Source of the DNA: Candidatus Latescibacterota bacterium
GTDB lineage: Bacteria > Latescibacterota > UBA2968 > GCA-2709665
DNA length: 64,000 nucleotides
Assembly (NCBI GenBank): GCA_965219995.1
Contig: CBDCOX010000002.1
Location: forward strand, 1,952,001-2,016,000
Direction: 5' to 3'
The notes beneath the pieces are model-generated. The model had not been told where the DNA came from. It searched no databases and saw only the letters and a program-made list of their open reading frames with translations. Shown here one piece after another: positions 31,572 through 41,716 of this stretch. Each line of letters opens with the position of its first letter. Position 1 is the first letter of the stretch. The position numbers and the translations under genes were made by a program.

Positions 31572-32507
31572 TCACGGCGCGCTCTTGCGTACAAGCTTAC
31601 ACAATGCATCCAGTGTAATGCCCTCCGGACGCATCCCAATCCGCCGGCAGGCGTCCGGTATCGTTTTGAAGATCAGTTCAAGGTTCATCCGTGCCGGATG
31701 ACCGGGATCGGAATAGTCCCGGTCGTTGTGACTGTCCGTCACAATGACCGGAAACCGGGGATCGTCGCGCAGGAACCGGTCCAGCATGTCCTTGACAACG
31801 GCAACGTGGTCGTACCGATGGGGAACATAGAGCCATTCAAATCCCCGCTCTCCGGCGTGTCCGCGCTGCACCGGGCGGCCGAACGCTACCGACACCGGTA
31901 CATTGATGAAATCTCTTCCCCCAGCAACCAGACGACATTCGTAATGTGCCCTGTGGGGGTACGTCTCCGCCCCGGCCCACATGCTCTGATGGCCCGGGAG
32001 TACGCGCCCCGGAATGGACAGGCTGCCTCCGGCGAAGCCCAGTTCGTCCAGAACGCGAAACGTGGCGTCACTCGCCGAAAAGTAGCCCGCCCTGAAGTAT
32101 CGAGGCCGGCCGCCCAGCGCGGATTCCCATGCCAGCATCGCTTCGCTGATTATTCCCGACTGTTCCGCGGCCGTGTACGCCCCGAGGTCATGTTTGTATT
32201 TCCCGCCCTTGAGCTTGTACGGATGCAAATGCAACCCCAGACACGCGCCGCGCTCCCGCAGGTCGAGAAGCAGGTCCGCATTTCCGGACGCGACTTCCGG
32301 ATGCGTGAAGAGCGTTACCGGAAAGTCGTACGAGGCCGCCGTTTCGACATAGGCACGGATCGACCGTTCGCTTTCCCGATAGTCTGAAGGACCGCTGCCC
32401 GACATCCGGATTGCGCAGGGCGTCAGGTCTGACCTGGCGGTCTCGCAGTCCATCGTCAGCAGCACGTAGACCGTCCTCAATTCACGCCTCTGCGAGACGG
32501 GACACAA
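31572..32507 (-). CDS. Polysaccharide deacetylase (NodB-like) family protein; start uncertain
   Basis: LTMDCE, VTLF, GLHLHP, FRAGYFS motifs. Confidence 0.75.
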   Translation of the reverse strand: MCPVSQRRELRTVYVLLTMDCETARSDLTPCAIRMSGSGPSDYRESERSIRAYVETAASYDFPVTLFTHPEVASGNADLLLDLRERGACLGLHLHPYKLKGGKYKHDLGAYTAAEQSGIISEAMLAWESALGGRPRYFRAGYFSASDATFRVLDELGFAGGSLSIPGRVLPGHQSMWAGAETYPHRAHYECRLVAGGRDFINVPVSVAFGRPVQRGHAGERGFEWLYVPHRYDHVAVVKDMLDRFLRDDPRFPVIVTDSHNDRDYSDPGHPARMNLELIFKTIPDACRRIGMRPEGITLDALCKLVRKSAP

Positions 32508-32543
32508 ACGTCAGCCCTCTTGCGAAATCGAGCCGGTTTCGCG

Positions 32544-33413
32544 TTATCCGCGCCAATCCGTGTCGATGCTCGTATAGCCATGGGTATATTTCTTCAAGTG
32601 CTCCGGCAGATTCTGCAGAAACCATCGACCCGACTGCGGAATCTCCCACGGAACGTCGATTCGGTGCCCGCGGTCTCTGAACCCGATGGCACACGACAGT
32701 CTCGTCTCCCCTGTCCGATTGGGAAACGCGCCATGGTACGTCCGGTGTGCGAAAACGATCATATCGCCACCATGCGTAAACAACGGCACAAGCCCTGGAA
32801 TGTCAAACCCGGCGTAGGGTCGCTCTTCCCCGCCTTGGGGGTAAAACGACCGCCTGTCCGCCGTCATGCTGAACCCCTCCGGCCCTTCCCAACCGTCCAC
32901 GTGGGAGTCTTCGATGACACACAATCCGCCATGTACCGGGCGGGATCCCGTCAGGTAGAACCACTTGCCCGACGGCCAGAGACCACGGTTCAAAACATCG
33001 CCGGAATTCCTGATTTCCGTTGAAAACCCGCCCCAGTCCGTATGCCACGTCACAGGTTGAGACCCCGGCTTCCTGATGATTGCGGCCGACCGGTGTACTG
33101 TCAACTCGTCGGTACCGATCAGATGGCGATGAATGGCCAGGAACGGTTCGTATTCAAGGAGCGACCAGGCTCCGGGCCCGGATTCGATCCACGCGTGGCG
33201 TGTACGGCTCTCACCCGGGCCTAGATTGCCCTCGGGATCGGTGCCGTCATACACGGCCTGTTTCAGCCGCTCAACCCTGTCATGAGGCAGCACGTCCTTG
33301 ATGACCGCGAACCCGTGCGCCTCCAGGCATTCGCTCATCGCGTCCAGATCCTCAATGCCGAATTCGTACTGATATTCAATGTCGGGCTTCTGCACGTGTG
33401 AATAGTCTTCCAT
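32544..33413 (-). CDS. PhyH-family dioxygenase with canonical HxD triad
   Basis: HGFAVIKDVL, WHTD, GGL.VI..SH, GDMIVF..RTYHGA.PN, R. Confidence 0.85.
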   Translation of the reverse strand: MEDYSHVQKPDIEYQYEFGIEDLDAMSECLEAHGFAVIKDVLPHDRVERLKQAVYDGTDPEGNLGPGESRTRHAWIESGPGAWSLLEYEPFLAIHRHLIGTDELTVHRSAAIIRKPGSQPVTWHTDWGGFSTEIRNSGDVLNRGLWPSGKWFYLTGSRPVHGGLCVIEDSHVDGWEGPEGFSMTADRRSFYPQGGEERPYAGFDIPGLVPLFTHGGDMIVFAHRTYHGAFPNRTGETRLSCAIGFRDRGHRIDVPWEIPQSGRWFLQNLPEHLKKYTHGYTSIDTDWRG

Positions 33414-33464
33414 CGCACTCTCGCTTTGGTTCAACCGCGTTGTGTGACTGGAAATGGCAGCCTC

Positions 33465-34274
33465 TCAATCCCCAATGGCCGTGCGCATCGTTGGATCCGA
33501 CGAACTCAGGTAGTGGTCCAACGTATTCCGGGTTGCCGGCCGGGTACGAAAATCGGCAATCCACGGTTCTCGGAAATAGGCTTGTTTCTCCCGCGGCAGA
33601 CCGTTCAGTACTTCGGGAGGCACGTTCAGCCGGTGCCAGTGCGTTGCCAGGTGCGAATAGGCGTGCAACACGGCAATACGCGGCGTATCACGGGTCCACT
33701 CGGGGCCGACGTGGCAGACGTTCTCAGTGAAAAACACGGCGCTTCCAGCGGGGCAGGCATATCCCATCAGGAACGGGCTCCGCTTTCCCGGCTCCATGGA
33801 AAGGTGATCGGGATGCATTTCGAAATTCGCCTTATGGCTGCCGACGATGAAATGCGTGCCTCCATCTTCCGGCTCCACTTCCGTCAACTCGAAGACCACG
33901 CGCACCATCCCCGCGTGAATCCGCCCGTTCTGACACCGGTATCCGAATATGGGATCGATCTGGCTCGGACCGCCTCCGTGAAGCCCCCCGCCGTGAGACT
34001 CCCCCTTTTTTCTGATTACGCAGTAGCACCCTTCCATCCGGATCTCGGGCCCGATAATTTCGTGCAATACCTCCACGACTTTCGGATGATCGATCAGAAC
34101 ACTGGACGGCCCCCCGGGAACGGTACGGTGCTCGGGCGGCAGCGAGTCCGGATTGTGGACGATGCGATCGATCTGCTCGACGATGGATACAATCTCACCC
34201 TGATTCAGAATGGCGGGACGCACCAGAAAACCCGTCAGATCGAACCGAAACCTCTCTTCATCGGTCATGGCCAT
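33465..34274 (-). CDS. PhyH-family Fe(II)/2OG oxygenase, HxG variant
   Basis: EERFRFDLTGFL, LHGGG, ELTEV..EDGGT.FI.GSHK, AGSAVFFTE..CH, R; RBS GGAGG. Confidence 0.88.
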   Translation of the reverse strand: MAMTDEERFRFDLTGFLVRPAILNQGEIVSIVEQIDRIVHNPDSLPPEHRTVPGGPSSVLIDHPKVVEVLHEIIGPEIRMEGCYCVIRKKGESHGGGLHGGGPSQIDPIFGYRCQNGRIHAGMVRVVFELTEVEPEDGGTHFIVGSHKANFEMHPDHLSMEPGKRSPFLMGYACPAGSAVFFTENVCHVGPEWTRDTPRIAVLHAYSHLATHWHRLNVPPEVLNGLPREKQAYFREPWIADFRTRPATRNTLDHYLSSSDPTMRTAIGD

Positions 34275-34467
34275 CTCGATTCCTCCAAAGCAGAGTTCGC
34301 TATTGACAGAAACTACCGCAATATATCCAAACGCCCTTCGCTTGCAAACTCCCTTCAAGGGGTCCCGGCCCGGGACCGAAAACAGCTTTCAACAGGGCAC
34401 CAGGATATTATCTTGTCTGCGTTCTGCACAACCGCAAAGGATGTTGGAAAGCAAGGGAGACGAACGG

Positions 34468-36984
34468 ATGGGCGACGACAGACGTCAATGGGTACACCCG
34501 GCCGGATTCGTGGACGTGGCGACCCTGGAAGAGATCGGACCGAAGATCCGGACCCACGACTGGGCAAAGACAGCGCTGGATGAACTGAGGGAGAGTGTCC
34601 AACCCTGGCTGGCGCAGCCGCTCGAACGCATCGAGTCGCTGATGCCGAAACGGAAGATGCAGGTGTACTGGCTGCTGATGTGCCCGCGATGTCGCGAGAG
34701 AATGAGGTTTTATCCGTTCAACGACCGTGAAGTCACATGCCTGAATTGCGACGAAACCTATCCGCTGAGCCAGCAATCGACGGCGGTACATCTGACCGGC
34801 AAGTATTACGGCACGCTGTACGAAGGCTGGGGTTGCTCCTTCATCCAGGCCATGGCAAACACGGCACAGCAACTTGCATTCCTGTACGCTCTGGGCGCGG
34901 AACGCAGGTACGCGGAAAAGAGCGCCGGGATCCTGAGACTATTCGCGAAACATATCCAATCCCTGCCCGTTCAGGGAAGCGGTACCCAGCATGTCATCTG
35001 GACCTATAACATGGAAGGCGACTGCGTCATCGTGCTCGCGTTGGCGGAAGCCTACGAACTTCTGAGATCGTCGCCCGGCCTGTTCACCACACAGGAACAC
35101 CGTCAGATCCGGGAAGACCTGCTCCAACACTGGGCAGACGCTGTCTTCCGCGTTGAGGAGGACAGCAGCCCGCGCCACAACGGGATGTTCGCCTATCTGA
35201 GTTCCGTGGCGATGGTTGGCTGCGCGATCGAAAACACGGATTACGTCGACTGGGCGTTCGGTCACCGAAAATACGCCTCTGAGCGGCGCCCTCACCACCG
35301 CGGTATCCGCTGGCTCACCCGGAACAACTATCTGGCAGACGGGGCGTTCTGGGGTCTGTGCAGCGCCTACCACCTGTATGCCCTGGGTCCGAACTGCCGC
35401 GCATTGGTACTCGGCCACAGGCTCTCACGCCAGATGCCGGACCTGTTCCCGCCCGAAGTCTACGACGAATTACACCCCGCCAACAGCAGCTACCGATCCG
35501 TGCGCCGAGCCATCAAATGGTTCACCGCCCAGGCGTTTCCTGACCTGACCGTTGCGCCGACGGGAGACATGGGAGGGCGCGCGAGTCTTGCCAGTTATCC
35601 GCTCACGGCCGAAATCGGATACCGCTACCTGGACATAGGCGAAACAGGTTCGTACCGCGAACTGCGGGAAGGCGACAGAGGACTGACCGGACTCCTGTTC
35701 GGCGCGGACACGATTGAGAAGCAACCCGTGCCCTATCGGAGCGCCAACCTTTCCAGCGGGTACGTGGCATTGAAGCGGGAGGCAGGCGGCAACCGTCTGT
35801 TTGCCGGTCTGAACGCGCTCCGGCCCGGGTCCGGTCACGCGCACGGGGATCGACTGAATCTCATCACCTACTCGCATGACCGGATGCTGACCGGCGAGAA
35901 ACGCACGCGCTACGAAGACCCGGATCAGCGCATCTACAGCGGGGCGTCGTACGCGCACAACACGGTAACCGTCGACGAAACGTCGCAGGTTCACGGCGAC
36001 GCGCTAACGGGAGAACAGGTCCCGCACATCCGTACCTTCGTCGACCTTCCCGCGGGCCAGGTGGCCGAGGCCCACGGTGACCGGGTGTACGGACAGACGG
36101 ATATCTACCGCCGCATACTGATCCAGTTCGACGCATACCTGCTGGATATCTTCCGGGTGGAGGGCGGAGCGACACACGACTGGTTCTATCACGGCATCGG
36201 AGAAGAACCGGAGATCGGTCTGTCGATGAAGGAAGGAAGCGGATTCGAACCGGCCCTCTACGTCATGAGGGGCGAACCGCAATATATGGAAGGTCTGACG
36301 GAGGAGTCGTTCGCGGCAATCTGGCGCGTGCCGGCCGACCCTGAAACGGGCAACGGCGCTGCCGGAGTCGACGTATTCAACCGGGTGACGGTGTCCGGCT
36401 CGCCGGGACAGGCTGCCTACATGCTGAACACCTTTCCGGACCCGGGACGGCACAGTCTGATGGTCCGCCACCGGGAGACTGCCGCGCCCTTTGTGGCCGT
36501 CCACGAGGCCTACGTTGAGAGACCCGTGGCCACGAACGTTCGGATGCTGCCGGGTAACGCGGCGGCGGTGGTCCACGTCGAACACGCCGACGGCGGAAGC
36601 AGGCAGGCGATTTACGAGACCGGCTCGGGTCCCGAAGGTCTGAGCCTGTCGGGACGTTTCGCCTCGATTTCCCGGGAGGCCTCCGGGCGTGTTACGAGCG
36701 TCATCCTGGTGCATGCGACGGATTTCCGCTCCGGCGGAATCCGAATACGGTCGCGGACACCCGTCACGCTCTCGGCCGCCTTCAAGGACGAATCGATCCT
36801 GCTGGTATCCAGTCCGGCCGTGGCCTATGAAACGCTGGAGGGCCGGCCTGTGTACGACACCGGCCGCGACGCGGACGTCTGGTTCGAACTCCCGCCGGAG
36901 GGGGCGCTGGCAGGAAGAACAATCAAAGCCCGGTTGCCGGCACAGACCGCGAGCGGACCGGTCTGCATTGAGGTGTCGAGATAA
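34468..36984 (+). CDS. Heparinase II/III-like (oligo)saccharide lyase, no signal peptide
   Basis: CPRC..CLNC, RHNG, DG.FW...SAYH, GHAHGD, AHNTVTVD, YRR, LDIFRVEGG.THDWFYH; RBS GGGAG. Confidence 0.82.
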   Translation: MGDDRRQWVHPAGFVDVATLEEIGPKIRTHDWAKTALDELRESVQPWLAQPLERIESLMPKRKMQVYWLLMCPRCRERMRFYPFNDREVTCLNCDETYPLSQQSTAVHLTGKYYGTLYEGWGCSFIQAMANTAQQLAFLYALGAERRYAEKSAGILRLFAKHIQSLPVQGSGTQHVIWTYNMEGDCVIVLALAEAYELLRSSPGLFTTQEHRQIREDLLQHWADAVFRVEEDSSPRHNGMFAYLSSVAMVGCAIENTDYVDWAFGHRKYASERRPHHRGIRWLTRNNYLADGAFWGLCSAYHLYALGPNCRALVLGHRLSRQMPDLFPPEVYDELHPANSSYRSVRRAIKWFTAQAFPDLTVAPTGDMGGRASLASYPLTAEIGYRYLDIGETGSYRELREGDRGLTGLLFGADTIEKQPVPYRSANLSSGYVALKREAGGNRLFAGLNALRPGSGHAHGDRLNLITYSHDRMLTGEKRTRYEDPDQRIYSGASYAHNTVTVDETSQVHGDALTGEQVPHIRTFVDLPAGQVAEAHGDRVYGQTDIYRRILIQFDAYLLDIFRVEGGATHDWFYHGIGEEPEIGLSMKEGSGFEPALYVMRGEPQYMEGLTEESFAAIWRVPADPETGNGAAGVDVFNRVTVSGSPGQAAYMLNTFPDPGRHSLMVRHRETAAPFVAVHEAYVERPVATNVRMLPGNAAAVVHVEHADGGSRQAIYETGSGPEGLSLSGRFASISREASGRVTSVILVHATDFRSGGIRIRSRTPVTLSAAFKDESILLVSSPAVAYETLEGRPVYDTGRDADVWFELPPEGALAGRTIKARLPAQTASGPVCIEVSR

Positions 36985-37056
36985 CGCCGGTCCGGCAGGC
37001 TTATTCTCCTCGTCACGCACCCGATCGGGCGATACCCCCCGCTTCGCCCGACGCGT

Positions 37057-38025
37057 TCACTTCCGACTGCCGCTGGCGTCCTGGATTTTCGGACTGCCCG
37101 GCCCCACCGTATTTCGAACCGCGAAACAGTCTTCGCGTGACAGGCACTTCCCGGCGGCGCCGACGGCCTCGGCGACCTGGTCGAGCGTCTTGATTCCGCA
37201 GACAGCCACGTGAATCGCCGGATGCATCAGCGTGGCGGACAACGCCAATTGGTAGATGGTGAGGTTGTTGCGCTCCGCGATCGGTTTCAGGCTTTGCACC
37301 TTCGCGCACAGTTCCCTGAACCGGTCTCCCCGGAAATCGGGATGATTCATCCTGAAATCGTCAAACGTCTCGTCTCCGGAGTACTTTCCGCTGAGCAGTC
37401 CCTTGTGCATGGGTGAATAGATCATCACCCCGATATTCTCCGATTGGCACCAGGGCAGCAGGTCGTTCTCCCCGGCAGGTTCAATCAGGCTGTACGGAGG
37501 CTGTACAACGTCGTACGCGCCGAAGCGGCGCTGGGCTCGACACTGCTCGACGGAATGGTTGCTCACCCCGTATGACCGGATTTTTCCCTGATCGCGAAGT
37601 CTATCCAGAGTCCCCGCGATATCGGCGAGCGGCGTCATCGGATCGTACATGTGAAGCAGATAGAGGTCGATTGTCTCGATTCCCATCCGTCCAAGCGATA
37701 CGTCGCAGCGCGCCATGATGTGTTCGGGTGAAAGATCCGGATACCGGGAACCGTCCGGGTTGAAGTGGTTGAACACTTTGGTCGCCAGCACGAGTTCGTC
37801 CCTCGGCAGATCCCTCACGACCTCGCCCAGCACGGTCTCGGCATACCCATCGCCGTAGGCCTCCGCCGTATCGAAAAAGTTGATTCCGCGATCGAACGCG
37901 AACTTCATCGCGGCCATCGCGTCGTCCTTCGACTGCGGCCCCCAGAACCGGGGACTGAGCTGCCACGTGCCGACGGCGATCGGGGATACCGAAAGGCCGC
38001 TCTCGCCAAGCACGATACGGTCCAT
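37057..38025 (-). CDS. Aldo/keto reductase
   Basis: LG.SGL.VS.I..GTW, FFDTAEAYG, ATK, IDLYLLH, GVSN, QPPYS, YSP..KGLL. Confidence 0.95.
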   Translation of the reverse strand: MDRIVLGESGLSVSPIAVGTWQLSPRFWGPQSKDDAMAAMKFAFDRGINFFDTAEAYGDGYAETVLGEVVRDLPRDELVLATKVFNHFNPDGSRYPDLSPEHIMARCDVSLGRMGIETIDLYLLHMYDPMTPLADIAGTLDRLRDQGKIRSYGVSNHSVEQCRAQRRFGAYDVVQPPYSLIEPAGENDLLPWCQSENIGVMIYSPMHKGLLSGKYSGDETFDDFRMNHPDFRGDRFRELCAKVQSLKPIAERNNLTIYQLALSATLMHPAIHVAVCGIKTLDQVAEAVGAAGKCLSREDCFAVRNTVGPGSPKIQDASGSRK

Positions 38026-38096
38026 TGTCGTTCCTCCCATCATCGACCGATGTACTGATTCTCTCTCGTCGAACCCGTACAGCGCGGGCACCATCG

Positions 38097-39173
38097 CTAA
38101 TCGGCTGCGCGCACGCCTGCTTCGTCCATCGTACCGAGGCCCAGCCCCCTCAGGTCGGCAACCGTGTCCGTTTCCTCCGCCTCGTACAGTTTCCAGATCA
38201 CCTTGAGCCCTTCAAGGCTGGATACAGGGTCGGTCAACGGCTTCCGGCCGGTCTCGATACAATCAATAAAGTGCGCCATTTCCACTTCCGTCGGTTTGGC
38301 GTGTTTTTCTTCCATCAACACGATCTCGCGCTGACCGGGGTCGTGCTCGCCGGGTACGTGTTTCTCGACATCGCCCAGGTACACGACCCGTCCCGTGCGC
38401 AGATGCAGTTCCACCATGCCCTTCTCGCAGTGCGCGTGAAAGGAATATCCGAGCCGGGTGCCGCGGGCCCCCCAGGTGCCGAAGTGATATCCAAGGATGC
38501 CGCCCTCGAACTCGATGCTGACGTTACTGGTTCCCTCTCTCTCCATCCACGGCGTACCTCGATTGGTGCCCAGGTGCACGCCCTTGACCGGCCTGCCAAG
38601 CATCCACAACATCAGATCGATATAGTGGCAGCCATGGCTGAAGAATTGCCCGCCTCCAAGGGTTCCTGCCGTGCAGTGCCAGCTCTCGGGCTCGCGCTGG
38701 GTATGCTGCTCGGTCCAGATCGATAACTGGAAGACCTCGCCGAACGTCTTGCTGTCCACCACTTCCTTGAACTTCAGCACAAGGGGATGAAACCGCATGC
38801 AGTAGGCTACCATCAGGACGCGATCGTTCCTCTGCGCGGCCTCGATCATCTCCAGGCATGCCCGTTCACTGTTGGCCATCGGCTTTTCCACGAGCACGTG
38901 CTTGCCAGCATCCAGGCACCGGACCGTTACGGGATGGTGGAGATGATGGGGCAGCACGACGAGTACGGCATCGACGTGATCCAGTACCTCCTCATAGTCG
39001 GCGGCAACCACGGGGTCATTGGGAAAGTGTTCGGCCACCGCCCGTGCCCGTTCGAGGTCGACGTCGACCACCGCCGAAATCTCCACCCTGTGAAGTACCT
39101 CGCTCATCCGGCTGGCGTGGGACCGGGCCATACCGCCACATCCGATGATTCCAACCCGTGTTCTCCGTGTCAT
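38097..39173 (-). CDS. Gfo/Idh/MocA family oxidoreductase
   Basis: VGIIGCGGM, PHHLH, GKHVLVEKPMA, GGG....GCHYID. Confidence 0.95.
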   Translation of the reverse strand: MTRRTRVGIIGCGGMARSHASRMSEVLHRVEISAVVDVDLERARAVAEHFPNDPVVAADYEEVLDHVDAVLVVLPHHLHHPVTVRCLDAGKHVLVEKPMANSERACLEMIEAAQRNDRVLMVAYCMRFHPLVLKFKEVVDSKTFGEVFQLSIWTEQHTQREPESWHCTAGTLGGGQFFSHGCHYIDLMLWMLGRPVKGVHLGTNRGTPWMEREGTSNVSIEFEGGILGYHFGTWGARGTRLGYSFHAHCEKGMVELHLRTGRVVYLGDVEKHVPGEHDPGQREIVLMEEKHAKPTEVEMAHFIDCIETGRKPLTDPVSSLEGLKVIWKLYEAEETDTVADLRGLGLGTMDEAGVRAAD

Positions 39174-39204
39174 TTCCCTTTCCTCCGTTTCACCTCGATC
39201 AGAT

Positions 39205-40242
39205 TCAATTCCCTTCTCCGTCCTCCCATTCGAAGATCACCTTACCCGTCTCCCCCCTATCGAAGACTGCAAAGGCTTCACTCGCCTGTTCAATTTGAAA
39301 GCGATGCGTCACGATTTCATCCAGAGGCACCCTGTGGTCCTGCAGAAAGGCGACGGCATCGTAATAGGCCCCCATCGAATACACGGAATTGCCCCTGAGC
39401 GTCAGTTCCTTTCTAAGGATGTCCGTAAATTCGATCTCGAGAGACGCGGCGCCGGCGCCCACGTACACCACCGTCCCGTGCAGCCCCGCAACCGCCGCAG
39501 CCTGTGTCCGCGCAACGCCACTTCCCGAGCACTCCACAACGCCGGCCGCTCCGCGTCCGCCTGTCATCGCCTCAATCGTTTCAAGCGGGTCGTTCTCCTT
39601 CGCGTTAATGACAACCCCGCCTCCGACGCGGTGTGCGAGATCAACCCTGAAGGGGCTGATATCCACGCCGAACGTCCTGTATCCCATCGCCTCACCCATT
39701 AAAAGCGTCGTCAGTCCCACCGGACCCAGTCCAAACACCACCAGCGGATCGCCATGACGTTTCGAGACCTTGTTCACGGCGGAAAACGCCGTCCCCGCGG
39801 TACACGCCAGTTGCGTCCCGACTGCAAATGAGACGTTGGCCGGCAGCGGCATGCAGTACCGTGCGTCGGTGAGCATGTAATCCGCGTGGGATCCGTCACG
39901 AGTCCTGCCGAACGCGCCCTGGTTCGAACAGAATACCGGCGTTCCCGACACACAGACCGCACAATGACCGCACCCGACCGTGTGATAGACACAGACCCTG
40001 TCGCCTTCGGACACGTTCTCCACGTCCTTGCCGACGTCGGCCACAACCCCTGCCGGTTCGTGTCCGGAAATCATTCCGTTCCGTTCCCTTGCCCACTCCC
40101 GGCTGCTATGGTATTTGTGCAGATCGCTCCCGCACAGCCCCGCGACCCTCATTTCGATGACCACCTGTCCGGGCCCCGGATCCGGGCGATCGAAATCCCT
40201 GACCTCCACCTCGCTGTCGCCGAGGTAGACAACGCCCCTCAT
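39205..40242 (-). CDS. Zn-dependent medium-chain alcohol dehydrogenase
   Basis: GLCGSDLH, GHEPAG, CGHCAVC..G...C, VFGLGPVG. Confidence 0.95.
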   Translation of the reverse strand: MRGVVYLGDSEVEVRDFDRPDPGPGQVVIEMRVAGLCGSDLHKYHSSREWARERNGMISGHEPAGVVADVGKDVENVSEGDRVCVYHTVGCGHCAVCVSGTPVFCSNQGAFGRTRDGSHADYMLTDARYCMPLPANVSFAVGTQLACTAGTAFSAVNKVSKRHGDPLVVFGLGPVGLTTLLMGEAMGYRTFGVDISPFRVDLAHRVGGGVVINAKENDPLETIEAMTGGRGAAGVVECSGSGVARTQAAAVAGLHGTVVYVGAGAASLEIEFTDILRKELTLRGNSVYSMGAYYDAVAFLQDHRVPLDEIVTHRFQIEQASEAFAVFDRGETGKVIFEWEDGEGN

Positions 40243-40427
40243 ACCCTCATCTCCCAGGAATTGAATTCCCCGGTTTGATTGGCTATCTTTGTACCCTGTT
40301 GACGGGAGCGGGTCCGCCCCGAATCTGCAAGGCCATGATACTGCGAACCAGGATGCCACGCAAGGAGACATTGCGAGGGAAAACCGATCGGGCGGCCGAA
40401 CCCGTCCTGTCTCGACCTGAATACACC

Positions 40428-41591
40428 ATGCGACCCATCCCTCTTGCCTCTACCCTTTCCAACGTCGCGCCATCGCGCATACGGGAACTGGCCGACGTCG
40501 CTTTCGGCATGGAAGGCGTCTACAAGCTGCATTTCGGCGAATCCGACATGCCCACGCCCCTATATATCAAGGACGCGGCGGTCCGGGCGCTGGACGAAGG
40601 ATATACTTACTACACCGAAAACGCCGGCCTACCCGGCCTCCGGGAGGCCCTGGCCGCGAAATATGCCGACGTTCACGGTGCAACCCTCGCCCCGGGCGAA
40701 ATCCTCATTACCGCTTCGGGCGTCCAGGCCCTCAACGTATCGATCCGCTGCGTGATCGATCCCGGTGACGAAGCCATCGTTCTCACGCCGAACTGGCCCA
40801 ATGCGGCGGCCATTGTCAACCTCTTCGGCGGCAACTCGGTTGAGATTCCGCTTGTCAGAGCGAGGGATCGCTACAGGATCGACTTCAACGCCCTGGAATC
40901 CGCACGAAACGGGAAGACAAAGCTGCTCGCATACACGTCGCCTTCCAACCCGCTGGGCTGGGTCGCCTCGACGGACGAACAGCGGAAGCTTCTGGACTTC
41001 TGCCGCCGCCATAACCTCTGGCTCCTTGCCGACGAAGTCTACGAGCACATCTGCTACAACAGATCGGTCGCGCCTTCCATTCTGCGGCTGTGCGACCGAA
41101 ACGACGCCGTAATCGTCGTGCAGTCCTTCTCCAAGACGTATCGCATGACCGGGTGGCGCCTGGGCTGGGTGGCATCGCGCCGGGACCTGGTTGACAAGGC
41201 TGCTCAGCTCAATGAATTCATCGTATCGCACGCCCCGGCGATGGTTCAGAGAGCCGGTGAGATTGCACTTCGCCATGGCGATTCCAGTATCCGCACGATG
41301 GTCGAAGCCTATCGCGAGAGGCTCTCCTACTGTTTCGATGCCCTGAATTCGACAAACGGCGTGTCGATCAGCCGTCCGGAAGGGGCTTTCTATCTCTTTC
41401 CACGCATTGAAGGCGTCAGTGATTCGTACGCGTTCGCACTCGAACTGCTCGATCGGCAAAGCGTTTCGGTTGCCCCGGGCGTCGCTTTCGGCGCAGGCGG
41501 CGAAGGCTCGGTACGGCTTTGCTGTGCGTCCGACCCCTCGGTACTGGAACCCGCCATGGAACGCTTCTGTCAATTTGTCGAACAACGATGA
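40428..41591 (+). CDS. Class I/II PLP aminotransferase (AspC-like)
   Basis: GESD..TP, YT.NAG...LRE, SPSNPLG, DEVY, SFSKTYRMTGWRLG, GAFY, VAPG.AFG, VRL. Confidence 0.95.
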   Translation: MRPIPLASTLSNVAPSRIRELADVAFGMEGVYKLHFGESDMPTPLYIKDAAVRALDEGYTYYTENAGLPGLREALAAKYADVHGATLAPGEILITASGVQALNVSIRCVIDPGDEAIVLTPNWPNAAAIVNLFGGNSVEIPLVRARDRYRIDFNALESARNGKTKLLAYTSPSNPLGWVASTDEQRKLLDFCRRHNLWLLADEVYEHICYNRSVAPSILRLCDRNDAVIVVQSFSKTYRMTGWRLGWVASRRDLVDKAAQLNEFIVSHAPAMVQRAGEIALRHGDSSIRTMVEAYRERLSYCFDALNSTNGVSISRPEGAFYLFPRIEGVSDSYAFALELLDRQSVSVAPGVAFGAGGEGSVRLCCASDPSVLEPAMERFCQFVEQR

Positions 41592-41716
41592 CAAAACGAT
41601 ACGCTGACAGCGGGCGTCAAGGGTTGTTGAAGGATGTTGCGACAGAGAATCAAACGCCGAACGGGAGACCCGCCGGGTGGTAACGCAGTGAAATATGTAT
41701 AGAACAGGAGAATCTC